Assembly: GCA_951406725.2 (NCBI GenBank)
Contig: OX597814.1
Location: 80,166,001-80,230,000 of the forward strand
Origin: Octopus vulgaris
Lineage: Eukaryota
Length of the DNA stretch: 64,000 nucleotides
Direction of reading: 5' to 3'
Under the pieces are notes generated by a model. That model was not told the origin of the DNA. It searched no databases and worked only from the letters and a program-made list of their open reading frames with translations. How positions within the stretch are numbered: the first letter of the stretch is position 1; each line of letters starts with the position of its first letter. This document shows, piece by piece, positions 51,047 to 62,778 of this stretch. The position numbers were made by a program, and so were the translations under genes.

Positions 51047-53280
51047 ATCCTAAAATAATTAATTTATCAAAAAGAGATCTTGACAATGATGAAATCCAAC
51101 TTCTGTCAAAAGGACTGAAATTCACACCTACACCAACAGCCAACCACCAAGAATTAAAGGAGGATATCCAAAAATTCTGTCGAAAATTACGACTTGTAGA
51201 ATTCTTCGCTAACAAAAGTAATGAGATTGATGAATCCCTAGTAAGGAATAAATCAAATTTCACCCCACCAAAAGGAAGAAATAACTACCTTGACCAATAC
51301 ATTGATATCCTGTCTAAATTTCCCCTTAGACGCAATACCAATGTTAGGCCAAACATTAGCAAATCAGAGATGTCTGCATGTAAACGTATACAAAACGATC
51401 AAACAATAATAATTAAACAAGCAGATAAAGGTGGTGCAATTGTTATTATGGATACCGAATACTATAAGGATTTGGTTGAAGACCAACTGAAGGATACAAC
51501 CTTCTATTGTGAAATACCCGCAAATATAGACCACCACATCATGAAAAAGATCAACAACCTGATTTCAACACACCACAACTCACTTACGGATAATGAAAAA
51601 GACTACATCACCAATTTTGAACCAAAACCCAGCAACTTCTACGGCTTACCAAAAATACACAAATCAAAAAACATTCAACAGGCAGTAAAAGAACAAGAAA
51701 GTGAGTACATAAAATTATTACATCCAAAAGACCTAAAACTTAGACCTATTATAGCTGGTCCAGCATGCCCTACACACCGTCTAAGCAATTTTATTGACAT
51801 TGTTTTGAAACCACTATGTACTTACATACCAAGTTTCATCAGGGATGACATCGACTTCCTGTCCCATCTTCCCAAAACAACAGAAACAAATTCAGTTTTG
51901 CTAAGTTTTGATGTGGTAAGCCTCTACACCAATATTCCACACGATTTAGGAATAAAGGCGATTAAATACTGGTTAGAAAAACATAGAGAAGTGATTCCCA
52001 GCAGATTCACAGTGCCATTTATATTAGACACAGTCAAACTTATTCTAGAAAATAACACATTCTTCTTCAATGGAAAGAATTACATCCAAATTAGAGGCAC
52101 GGCGATGGGAACGAGGTTTGCTCCCGTTTACGCCAACTCTGTAATGGGATACTTAGAAGAACAACTCTACCAAGAGGTGGAGGTAAACTATGGCACTGGA
52201 TTTAGAAAGTATATTGAAAAGGCATGGAAGAGATACCTAGACGACTGTTTCATAATCTGGACAGAATCTCTAAATACTCTGGAAGAGTTCAATATCCTCC
52301 TGAACAACCTACACCCATCTCTCAAATTTACAAAGGAGATGAGTAGTACCAAATTACCATTCCTGGATATAATGGTAATTAAAAAAGACACCACCATCAC
52401 CACAGATATATACTATAAACACACAGACACACATCAATACCTAAATTTTAAGTCGTGCCATCCACCACATACAAAACGTAACATCCCATACTGCCTAGCC
52501 AGAAGAATTTGTACTATTGTAGAAGATGCAAATATCAGGAACAAACGCCTAATAGAACTAAGAGAATTTTTGCTCAAACAAAAATACCCATCTCTACTTA
52601 TAGAAAATGGCATACAGCGGGCTATAAAAATACCTATACAACAACTTAGGACGACCCAAGGAAGAGGAAAACAAGAACAAGTCATACCATTCATAGTGAC
52701 ACACAACCCATGTCACCAGAATATCTTCAACATTGCCAAAGCAAACCTTCCAATCATTGCCCAAAGTAATGAATTAAAAGACATAATCAAGGATCGAGCT
52801 ATGGTGCTTAGTAAAAGACAGCCTAAAAACTTGAAAACATTACTAACAAAGGCAAAATTTGACCTCAGCAACAAAGACCAAACATTCACGGTATCTAAAT
52901 GCAATGATAGCCGATGTGGCACATGCCAATTCATACATACCGGTCAATATATAAACACAAAAACCGGGAAAATATTCACAAACGCGAATATGAACTGCAA
53001 AAGCAGAAATTTAATTTACTGCATCAAATGCCCAAATTGTGAAGAAATATATGTAGGTCAGACGGGAAACGCACTATTAGAACGCTCACGTGTACACCGG
53101 CAACAGATTAGAGACCCAGAGGTCCGTCAGATACCTTTGAGTAACCACCTAGCAACATGTGGTCGGAAAATATATATAATATTTCCATTCTACAAATTAC
53201 ACAGCCCAAGTGAAATCGAGAGGAAAATCAGAGAAAAGAATTTTATTGATAAATTCGAACCCAAGCTAAATAATCAATAA
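50953..53280 (+). CDS. PLE reverse transcriptase plus GIY-YIG endonuclease (Neptune-like), frame open from 50953, first ATG at 51370
   Basis: IINLSKRDL..LLSKGLKFTPTP upstream of the first Met, then KQADKGGAIVIMD, FYGLPKIHK, RPII, SFDVVSLYTNI, QIRGTAMG, RYLDD (52231-52245), a CNDSRCGTC linker, LIYCIKCPNC..IYVGQT, ER..VH, REKNFI and PKLN. Confidence 0.95.
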   Translation, partial: PEKNPFFYVRTTNTGERKNPRGNIPQTTERIDPKIINLSKRDLDNDEIQLLSKGLKFTPTPTANHQELKEDIQKFCRKLRLVEFFANKSNEIDESLVRNKSNFTPPKGRNNYLDQYIDILSKFPLRRNTNVRPNISKSEMSACKRIQNDQTIIIKQADKGGAIVIMDTEYYKDLVEDQLKDTTFYCEIPANIDHHIMKKINNLISTHHNSLTDNEKDYITNFEPKPSNFYGLPKIHKSKNIQQAVKEQESEYIKLLHPKDLKLRPIIAGPACPTHRLSNFIDIVLKPLCTYIPSFIRDDIDFLSHLPKTTETNSVLLSFDVVSLYTNIPHDLGIKAIKYWLEKHREVIPSRFTVPFILDTVKLILENNTFFFNGKNYIQIRGTAMGTRFAPVYANSVMGYLEEQLYQEVEVNYGTGFRKYIEKAWKRYLDDCFIIWTESLNTLEEFNILLNNLHPSLKFTKEMSSTKLPFLDIMVIKKDTTITTDIYYKHTDTHQYLNFKSCHPPHTKRNIPYCLARRICTIVEDANIRNKRLIELREFLLKQKYPSLLIENGIQRAIKIPIQQLRTTQGRGKQEQVIPFIVTHNPCHQNIFNIAKANLPIIAQSNELKDIIKDRAMVLSKRQPKNLKTLLTKAKFDLSNKDQTFTVSKCNDSRCGTCQFIHTGQYINTKTGKIFTNANMNCKSRNLIYCIKCPNCEEIYVGQTGNALLERSRVHRQQIRDPEVRQIPLSNHLATCGRKIYIIFPFYKLHSPSEIERKIREKNFIDKFEPKLNNQ
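50968..50974 (+). promoter_or_regulatory. Candidate -1 ribosomal frameshift slippery heptamer T_TTT_TTT
   Basis: ORF1 phase is CAT TTT TTT ACG. The -1 frame (TTT TTT TAC GTC AGG..) is the RT frame, which has a stop at 50950-50952 just upstream. Confidence 0.6.
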
Positions 53281-53948
53281 TAACAATACTTAGAGGTATT
53301 ACTTCCACTGCTACGACCATGACCACTAACAACAACAACAATACTAAAGGTGATCAAGACGAAGATAGCAGGAAAATTATCTTATTTAGGGTTAAAAGTT
53401 CTATTGCCACCACCATCACCACTAGCAACAATAATTAAGGTGCTGACAATGATGATGATGACAATTGAAATATAAAAATATAAAAATCTCTGACAAAGGA
53501 TATTTACAACATTTCTAAAAATAACCCAACAATTGCTGCTTCGGCCAGGGTCAAGATACAGGACTCTTGACCTGTCCAACAAAGCATGATGCCTAAACCA
53601 ATCAGCTCAACCAACCAATCAGCTTAAGTAATTGAGTGATACTACACACTGATTGGTCAGAATACAGTTTGCAAAACCTAGCACTCTGGAGCCTACCCAG
53701 CTGTATTTATAGCACAGAATCACTCATCTTGCTACAGTCAAAAATTGTGAAGCATGACTGTCAACACTACTACATGAACCCGAAGATTGCAGAATTCAAT
53801 GCATGAAAGTACTAGTTCAATCAGAATGAATATTTAACATTCTACTATTTCATTTTATTTTATTCAATTATAATATATTATCTTATAATATATCATTATA
53901 AGATTGTAAATAAAACGTGAAAATCAGACAAGGTTGGAATTCTTTTTA

Positions 53949-53957
<9 letters not shown>
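53149..53957 (+). repeat. Downstream pseudo-LTR
   Basis: Direct repeat of 48878-49686. Ends at AATATAT, running into (TA)n. Confidence 0.9.
53775..53819 (+). ncRNA. Minimal type I hammerhead ribozyme in pLTR
   Basis: Identical to 49504-49548. Confidence 0.75.
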
Positions 53958-53988
<31 letters not shown>

Positions 53989-54161
53989 TATATATTCTCC
54001 TCTCTTCTGCTCTCCCTTCTTCCTTCCTGTTTCCTCTTTCTCCTTCTGCATTCTTTACAATCAGTGTAAATAGTAACGAAATTTTACAAAAAACTTATTC
54101 CAAAGAGTTCCTATGAATGAACGAAAGCGCTATATAAAGAATTATCCAAAATTCTGGCTGC

Positions 54162-54974
54162 ATATATAGGTACAGGACATCACCAAAAGTAAACAACATA
54201 AAATACGATAACAAATGAGTTGAATACGCAAATAACGAGAGAGAGAGAGAGAAAAAAAAGGACAAGTAATACAAAGAACGACCCTTCATCAGTTGTCAGC
54301 TGTCTATTTACTCCCCATTTCGAGCAATCAATGACAATATGAGTCTTCGAAGACAGTTGCTCCCATAAATACCAAAATAAAATTTTGGATTTATGGAGGG
54401 TCAAAGTTAAGAACAGGACAGTGGAGACATGCAAGAAAACCGAATTAAAACAAACATGGAGTGCCGTTAGACCTGAACGAGGGGAGAATAGTGAACGTTG
54501 AGAGAAATATTTTCTTTGAAAAGAGAAAAGATAGAAGAGAGAGAAAGAGAGAGAGATAGGTGACGTCCAATCCCTAGAACGTCCATGCAGGAAAGATAGA
54601 TGGTGACCAGAGGAAATGAAAGATGGTGGATGGCCACGTGTGAGCAACGATAGAGAGAAAAAGAGAAAGGGGAAGAGAGAAAACTTTGAAAGGAGCAAAA
54701 AGGAAATTAGAGAGGGTAGGGGATAAAACACTATAGAGTAGAGTAGCATCAAAAAGGCTAAGATAAACTTACACCCTCCATAAATCCCAAATTTTATTTT
54801 GGTATTTACGGGAGCTACTACTTTCGAAGACTCATATTGTCACTGATTGCTCGAAACGGGGTGTAGATAGCTATTCTTTGTATTACTTGTCCTTTATTTC
54901 TTCTCTTGTTATTTGCTTATTTAACTTATTTGTTTTCGCATTTCATGTTGTTTACTGTTGGTCACGTCCTGTAC

Positions 54975-54980
<6 letters not shown>
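54162..54980. mobile_element. Element with ~230-bp diverged inverted arms ending in AT repeats
   Basis: 54162-54400 is the diverged reverse complement of 54773-54980. The arm sequence recurs at 7428-7545 and 61190-61390. Confidence 0.7.
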
Positions 54981-55013
<33 letters not shown>

Positions 55014-55018
<5 letters not shown>

Positions 55019-55095
55019 TTTAAAACACGAAATATCATAAAGTGTTCAATGGTGATGTACGTTTTCGTACATACGTGTGCGCATCTAGGGTAATA

Positions 55096-55147
<52 letters not shown>

Positions 55148-56431
55148 CGTGTGTGAGTGTATATATATATATATTAATTGAAGTGTACAGTATTATATAT
55201 CCATTACGGCCGATCTTACCAATCGGTTTCGCACCAGGGGTTCGACGGAGTGTTATGTAACAGTTCGATTATGTAAACCTTATGGTATGTATGTATGTAT
55301 GTATGTATGTATGTATGTATGTATGTATGTATGTATGCATGCATGTATGTACTTTCTGCCCTTTAAGCAGATGTTCTATCCTAATATGTCTATAACCCAT
55401 GTGAGGGAGGATGATGAAAAGTGGGTTAGCGCAAATTCCTGAAGATGAACAAATATAAGATGGGTATATATAAGCGCCGAAGAGAAATCGAAAACGAGCA
55501 GAAAATAGATTGATACTTGCTTGTCGCTGCTACTGCTGTTGCTGTTATTTACCTCAAATCAGGGCTGATTGAGAAGATACATGATCAAAGCCGTTCCTGC
55601 TTTTCTTTGTTTTGTTCTATTTTTGTTTTTCTTGTTTTGCTTTTGCTTTTGTTGTATATGTAAGTCTACCCTCATTGGCCAATGTGGTCTTCCCTTTTAT
55701 TTTAATTGGACTCGATATTAAGGGGAATTTGCTATTTCTGTCAGATCTACCTGTTGTTTAGAATGCCCTGACAAGATCCAATAAAACTGAAAGATTACCG
55801 GCTGCTGCCGTCACCTGCAACATATCAGATTTTCCCCTTAAGCATAAGAATTAATAATTAAAATTGATTCTCAATTTCTTAATTTCTTAAAATTGTTTTT
55901 CCTTATTCTTTATGAGTCGCTAACTATCAATGCAAGATTTTTTCCATAGGAGAGAGAAACTCTCAATACGTTAAGAAACTTTTTGCGTACGTCATTCAGT
56001 ACATCAACATCTACTTGCTTTATCTAAATAGATACCATGCGTTTATCTGAATTATTTTCCTCAGCTCAGTTGACTTAAATTTACTATTCCATGATGATAT
56101 GAAAATGTCTTACATCAGAACAACTATGCTAAATGTTACATAGTATAATATATAACTATATAACAACAAAGAATAAGTATAACGACTTTTATCATAAATA
56201 TAACGGTTTAAGCTTTTTATATTGTTTTTAACTGGTATTTATTGTCAACTTTCAGAGAGAAAATGAACAGCGAAATTTACTTCTACCATTGCAGATTCTG
56301 GAGATAAACATACTGCAATGAAACTAAGTATAATAAAGAGGGTGGGGTTCTTAATTCAGCGCTCTGCGGTCATTTTTATGTTTTATTTGCTGTCTAGAGG
56401 AAGGATCAATGCTCACTACTTTCACAGGTTC

Positions 56432-56476
<45 letters not shown>

Positions 56477-56963
56477 CAAAAGTACATACATACATTCATA
56501 TGTATAGAAATACATATACGCATACATGCATGCATATATACACATATACACATGTACACGTACACACACTCGCAAGTACGCATACATGCATACACTTACA
56601 CAGTTTTCTGTATAAATGGAGCGGCAATTGCAAAGAGAAGATGTTTGAAGAATTAAAGACTAAGTGTAATGGTTAACGAGGATTCTAAAGGCTGGACACA
56701 ACTTGGTTGATGGCAGGCGGAGAGACGAGTGAATTGGAAATGCTAGAGTGGAAGTGGTATGACACCAGCCACTCCCATAAGCAGAAACCATTGTGGTGCA
56801 GTGAAAAAAACAGAGAGAGAACACAACACATTTGTAGGACAAAGGCTGCAGTGTATCTTTTCATGACGTTATGCCAATCAGTATTACCCTAGATGTGCAC
56901 ACGCATGTACGAAGAAGTACACCACCATTGAACACTTTATGATATTTCGTGTTTTTAAAACTA
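55014..56963. repeat. 87-bp imperfect inverted repeats (55014-55100 / 56877-56963) bracketing ~1.8 kb
   Basis: AAAACACGAAATATCATAAAGTGTTCAATGGTG..CATCTAGGGTAATACTGAT and its reverse complement. Confidence 0.8.
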
Positions 56964-57237
56964 AAAATATGGGGTCTGATTTATTCTTAACCAGCTAATA
57001 ACTAAGCAAAATAAAGTTAATCATTAGTTCTTAGATGAATTTGTCAGTTTATATAAATCAAAGTAAGTTACTGCCGTGGTAGTTGGCTTTTTAGTTGTTG
57101 AATCTCAGAACAACTCCGATGAAGCAAAATCGAAGAACGTCGAATAGAAAACATTGAGGTGGGATCAATAAAGTGTCACTGTAGTACTGGGTCGGTTTTT
57201 CTCCCATTATTTTTTACCTTCTCTTCTCTCCTTCCTT

Positions 57238-57300
<63 letters not shown>

Positions 57301-59722
57301 TCATATCTACCGCCATATTTATTTATATGTCCTTATCTTTCCCTCTAGAAGAAATCATCTGTGTTCAGGTCTGAAGAGGGATGGGATCCAATAAATTTAA
57401 CATGCTCATAATACACTTGTATGTTACAACGAGGATCCTACCACTTCATCAATATTTCAGAACCCAAAGCCAGGTAGAGTAAAAAAAGACGTTTCGGCCG
57501 TGATTATCCCACATGCTTTTATTATGTAATATGTCCTTTAAAAAATATCGCTGCCACGTGATCTAAAGTTGATTTAGATGTCGTTTCCAACCGGTTGAGC
57601 AAACGTTTGTTCCCATAAGTGGTGTATTCCAGTAGCAGCCTGTGAAGGCCCTTTTTAAATGGTGAGAGTCTGTTGGTGCTAAGTATAATTTTTTCCTCTC
57701 TCTTTCTAAGAGGTCGTTCGACCTGCTGTGCCGCAAAAAATATGCTTTGACCAAATGGGTAACTCCAGAGATGAAATTTGTTTTTCTAACTCCCCACTTC
57801 GCAAATATTCTTTGCCTTTTATTTCAAAACGTGACGTATGTAACATGTTCTTCATTTTATAATAAATAACATGCATGACTTTGGGGCCATTATGCTACTT
57901 AGCACCTACGTCTCTCCAAGCGGCCAAATTTCCCTCAAATCACACATATTATTGTCTACAAAGTTAGGAGATAGTTACTGTTAGAAAGCACTTGATAAGT
58001 ATTCTCGTTTAGGAACTAACCAACAAGAATAATATATGGGAGCTACAAGGAAAAAAACTTCAGCTCTGGAGGAAGATATTGGGAAAAGGTATTTTGTTGG
58101 GTTTCAGGAATGAAGCAAAAGAGGGTTGACCAGAAAAACAGAGGAGATATACAGTTTGGATGTTCATAGGAGTAAGAACTTCTTAGTACTGGTGAAAGGG
58201 ACAGATATAAGATACAAGGCGTACGTGTAATGAGGTTCTTGGAGTGAACGATTTGCTAAATAAGCGAATGGTCTTTTGTAGCAAGGTGACTGTTGTTGTT
58301 GCTGATGTAGCAGATCAGCTCTAATCAAGTAGCCCAATGATGAATGGCTTTCCAAACGTAACCATCCTAATTTTTGTATGTGCAGGCAACTCAGAACTAC
58401 ATTATCCAACACGTCTCTTTCTAAAACAACAGAGAGTGGCTTGGGGGAGATTTTCAGTGGCGAACCCAAGGAGGTGGGGGTCTGAGTGCCTATCTCAAAA
58501 AAAAAGAAGTGCACCCTTCTAAATAATGTTATTACGCCTTTTTTCCTGGAATTGTATTCTGTTCTGACCTTATGCACCCACCACTTCGAAAAATTCCTGG
58601 TTTTGTTATCTTTTCTAGCAAGTAGTTAAGTTCATTACAACCTTGATTAAGCAGGCCTATGATCAAAGGCATTCTAACTATGACCAGCCCGGCTTCTTTC
58701 ATGCACGAAATCAGGGACTGCATTAACCAACGTGTCAGAGAGAGAGAGAGAGAGAGAGAGAGTATACGCATGCAGTAAACTGCTCCATCGCAAATACGTG
58801 AACAGTTAGTACTATAACGAACGAAGTGTGGTGTGTAATGCGTATACCGTGTAGAAGACCGTCGACTGTTCAGAGGGAGACATAGTAGTTTCTGGCACTG
58901 AAGATAAAGCTTTGCCTTTCAGATGCCGTCTCCTTCTGACCCCCCCTCTCTCTCTCCCTCTCTCTCTCCCTCTCCCTCTCCCCCTCTCTCTCTCGCTCTC
59001 TCTTTTCCATTTACTCTCTGTTACAGATATGCTGGTTGCCAACAAATAAATCAATAAAAAAAATTACATCAGTAGAAATGATCTCTGTAAAGTAGTTCTG
59101 TTCTAATCTGAAGATGTGACCTCAATCACCCTTGCCGCTGAAGATAACCGTTTATCTCGAAAGCTAATAAAGAATATCAACTTTATGTTTTACACATAAT
59201 CATTATCATCATCATAGTCCTCGTCATCGTCATTATATCTCTATTTCCCTCCCATTCACCCCCACTCTCTCTCTTTCTTCCTCTCTTTCTCTCTTTTACC
59301 ATCTCACTTTCTCTCTCAATTTATCTGTCCATCACTCTCCTCATCTTTCTATCTCTTTATCTCGACTTCATCCTATACCCATTTACTTGTCTGACATACA
59401 ATCTTTCGGTTTATGTCGGAGGTTTCTACTCTCTCAATACAAACTTCAGTTGTGAGTATAATCTGACTGCCTGTTATCACTGCAAACAAACAAAACAGAA
59501 AATAAATAGATAATAAGTAAATAACTAAATAACTTAAGGAGGTCATCCGTCCATAAGGTTAAGCATAACATGGTTGTTGGAGTTGTTTTGTTGATGCCTT
59601 CTTTATTGCACTTTATCCAACACAAGAACAGGAAGGCCGCTTGTATGCATGCAAATTATTTGAAAATCAATTACACGCCGAGACACATACGTTCTCACTA
59701 TCTTTGTTTAAATCTCCTTCAC

Positions 59723-59761
<39 letters not shown>

Positions 59762-59783
59762 ATTTATATATATATATATATAT

Positions 59784-60075
59784 ATAACATAAGGGACTAA
59801 AGCCATCTGAACATGGCTAGGGACAGGGCAGGGTGGTGGGGGTGTTACTGTTGCATTTAGCCCCAGGCGAACATCGACGTCACCAGAAAGGCTCGACACC
59901 GTCACGGTGCCCTAAACCTGCAAAGGGAGGTAATTCCCCGATGAAGCGGAAACCACACACGGACCATGGTTTCAAGGGACGTCGATGTTCGCCTGGGGCT
60001 AAATGCAACAGTAACACCCCCACCACCCTGCCCTGTCCCTAGCCATGTTCAGATGGCTTTAGTCCCTTATGTTAT
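59784..60075. mobile_element. 292-bp MITE-like element with perfect 98-bp inverted arms
   Basis: 59784-59881 is the exact reverse complement of 59978-60075, with a 96-bp spacer. The left flank is (TA)n. Confidence 0.8.
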
Positions 60076-60164
60076 CGAGCAGTTACTGTCTATATCCCTT
60101 TTAGAGAATTATTATTGCTATATATATATATATACACATATATGTATGTATGTATGGATGTATG

Positions 60165-60259
<95 letters not shown>

Positions 60260-60514
60260 TATCAAATGTGAGGATAAAATTCTTTTCGAAAAAAAATATT
60301 TTCTCGAAAAAATTTTTATCAATGGCCAGCATATTAAAAAATACCTTTAACGGTTAAATTTATAAACAATTCATAAATGAGGGCAAAGGAAAAAATTTTC
60401 TAATGCCAAATATGCCGAAAAATTGGACATATTGTCCATTAACCATATAATTTTTTCACCATACGCACGCTACTCGAAAAAAGGTCGACAGAAATTTCTA
60501 AAAAATTCCATCAT

Positions 60515-60572
60515 TACCATATCGGACCGATTTCAGAGTTAGCTACTAAGAGCCCTCTCTTCGTCAGTGATA
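60515..60572 (-). ncRNA. Canonical type I hammerhead ribozyme
   Basis: Minus strand: TATCA-CTGACGA-AGAG-(AGGGCTC TTAG TAG CTAA)-CTCT-GAAA-TCG-GTC-CGA-TA-TGGTA. All three stems pair, the core is intact, and the cleavage triplet is AUA. Confidence 0.8.
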
Positions 60573-61044
60573 CATGTGGCAAAAGAAATAAATGAGATAC
60601 TTACTCATACCCATGGAAGAAGCAAATACTACAGTGGGAGACACTTGCTCAAAGTGCTATGCAATGGAACTGAACCCGGATCCATGTGGTTGGGAAGCGT
60701 CCAGAAGAAGATTTAATACCATAAGGTAATATTTATCTCTCACTTAATGTGTGTGTTGTATTGGAATACAGAATACCGCTTTATTTACACTGAGAGGAGC
60801 TCTCATATGGGACATATGGACATGTGATGCATAAAAGCAATAGTTTTTATGTCGGTTGTGAACGGAAAACTGTCCGCCACGCGCGCCGGAACTGATAGAT
60901 CATGTGATTTCGGCCTTTCAATGGCTGACGCTCGGCTAGAAATAACAGCGATTCCTTTGTCAGCCAGATATAGAATCTCAGTGTCTATTCAAGCACTCTG
61001 TGATCTAACAGTAATAAATATTACCGTATATATATATATATCTA

Positions 61045-61132
<88 letters not shown>

Positions 61133-62778
61133 TGAAACGTGTACAACAACAAAAATACGAAGTACGAGTACATGGAATATGAACTATTTTTTCGAACAAC
61201 GAAAGAAACAAATGGTAAACAAGACTAATAACATAAAGGACGACCTTTCATCAGTTGTTGCCTGTTTTTCTACTCTCGTATTTCGAGCATTTAACAACAA
61301 TATACACTTTCGATAAAACAGTTTCTCCCGCATAGTAAAATTTAAAAAATTTGAGATTTTGCGGAGGGTCAAAATTGGTAACACAAACAGGACAGTGAAA
61401 ACAAACAGGAGGGCTGCTAAGCCTGAACGAGCTGTTGCGGTATCTGGTCCTGTATTTTGAGGGTGACGTTGGGATCTTTGGCACTTTGCAGTGGCGCCCC
61501 ATTCTGTTCTTTGTGCAACTTTTACTGCCAAAGTCTGGTACAGGGTCATCCAGGATTTACCAGTATATATATATATAATTTATCTCTCTATCTATTTATC
61601 TATCTATCTGTGTGTATATATGTGTAAGTGTATACATACATATATAAATTTACAAAGTATAGGGGATTAGTTCACAGGTGAACTAAACGTTTAGGTACGC
61701 TAGGTAAATGCTGTAACAGATTACTAGGGCTCCAAGGTTATAGCTGAGACGGTAGTTATGGAACCATTGAGATTTCCAATATAGCGGATATATAATTGTT
61801 AAAGAGGACAACAAACGTTAAGGCAAGGCAATCATCTCAAGTCATATACATTATTAATTATTATCGGAAAATATTTTTCCAATAATAATAATATATACGA
61901 CTTGACATGCTTCCTTTGCTTTAAAGTTTGTTATTCTCTTTAACAATTATATATAAATTTATGTAAGTGTATATATGCATGCACGCATGCCTGTGGGGTC
62001 TGGCTTTATCTCGGGTTCGCGTCTGGGCCAGTGCGTTGTTCCTGGGGTTTCTCATGCGCCTGTCACCGCAAGAGTATTTTCCATCATTCTTTCAGTTGCG
62101 AAGTGTGTCCTTGCATGCATATATACACATATAAACATATAAACACACATATAATACCCCTACATTTTGTACACACACGCACATACATACATTCACTCCC
62201 ACGCACTCACACGCACACATTTACATATATATATATATATACAATACACGCACACACACTTACACACGTACAAACACACACGAATTCACATACACACCGA
62301 CACATATACATACACACAACATATACCTCCACGCGCACGCACACATACACATACGTACACACATATAAGCACAGACACACACATACATACATGCGCACAC
62401 ATACATACATGCACACAATTATACATAAACGCACGTACAAGCACACACACACACATACACTTAGTTAAGCACAGTTACTCGCCATACACACAAAAAACGC
62501 ACACGTACACACACACACATACTACAAGAAAACACACACACGAGACATATACACGCACACACACATTCCTCCCTGTTTCTGACCTGCCTTCCTGACTCGC
62601 TAACTGCTGCTTGCCACTAGCCATTGCCCACCATATACACACATACACACACATGCACACACTCACACAAACACACCCTTGTCATCTTGCACACCTTTGT
62701 TTACCATTCCTTCTTTGATTCCGCTCTCCTGTTTTTGAAAACATGGTTCTTCTTTTTTACCACTTCCGCCTATTCAGT

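Larger units (their letters stand above)
45125..53957. mobile_element. Young Penelope-like element insertion: inverted 5'-truncated copy (-) plus pLTR-ORF1-RT/GIY-YIG-pLTR unit (+)
   Basis: 45165-48880 is the reverse complement of 50242-53957 (i pairs with 99122-i). 48878-49686 is a direct repeat of 53149-53957 (offset 4271). Both outer ends merge into (TA)n. Confidence 0.95.

Noticed and set aside
54284-54330. Minus-strand GCTCGAAA ... CTGATGA as a permuted (type II) hammerhead, also at ~61245-61290
   Set aside because: Could not build stems I and III consistently in both copies.
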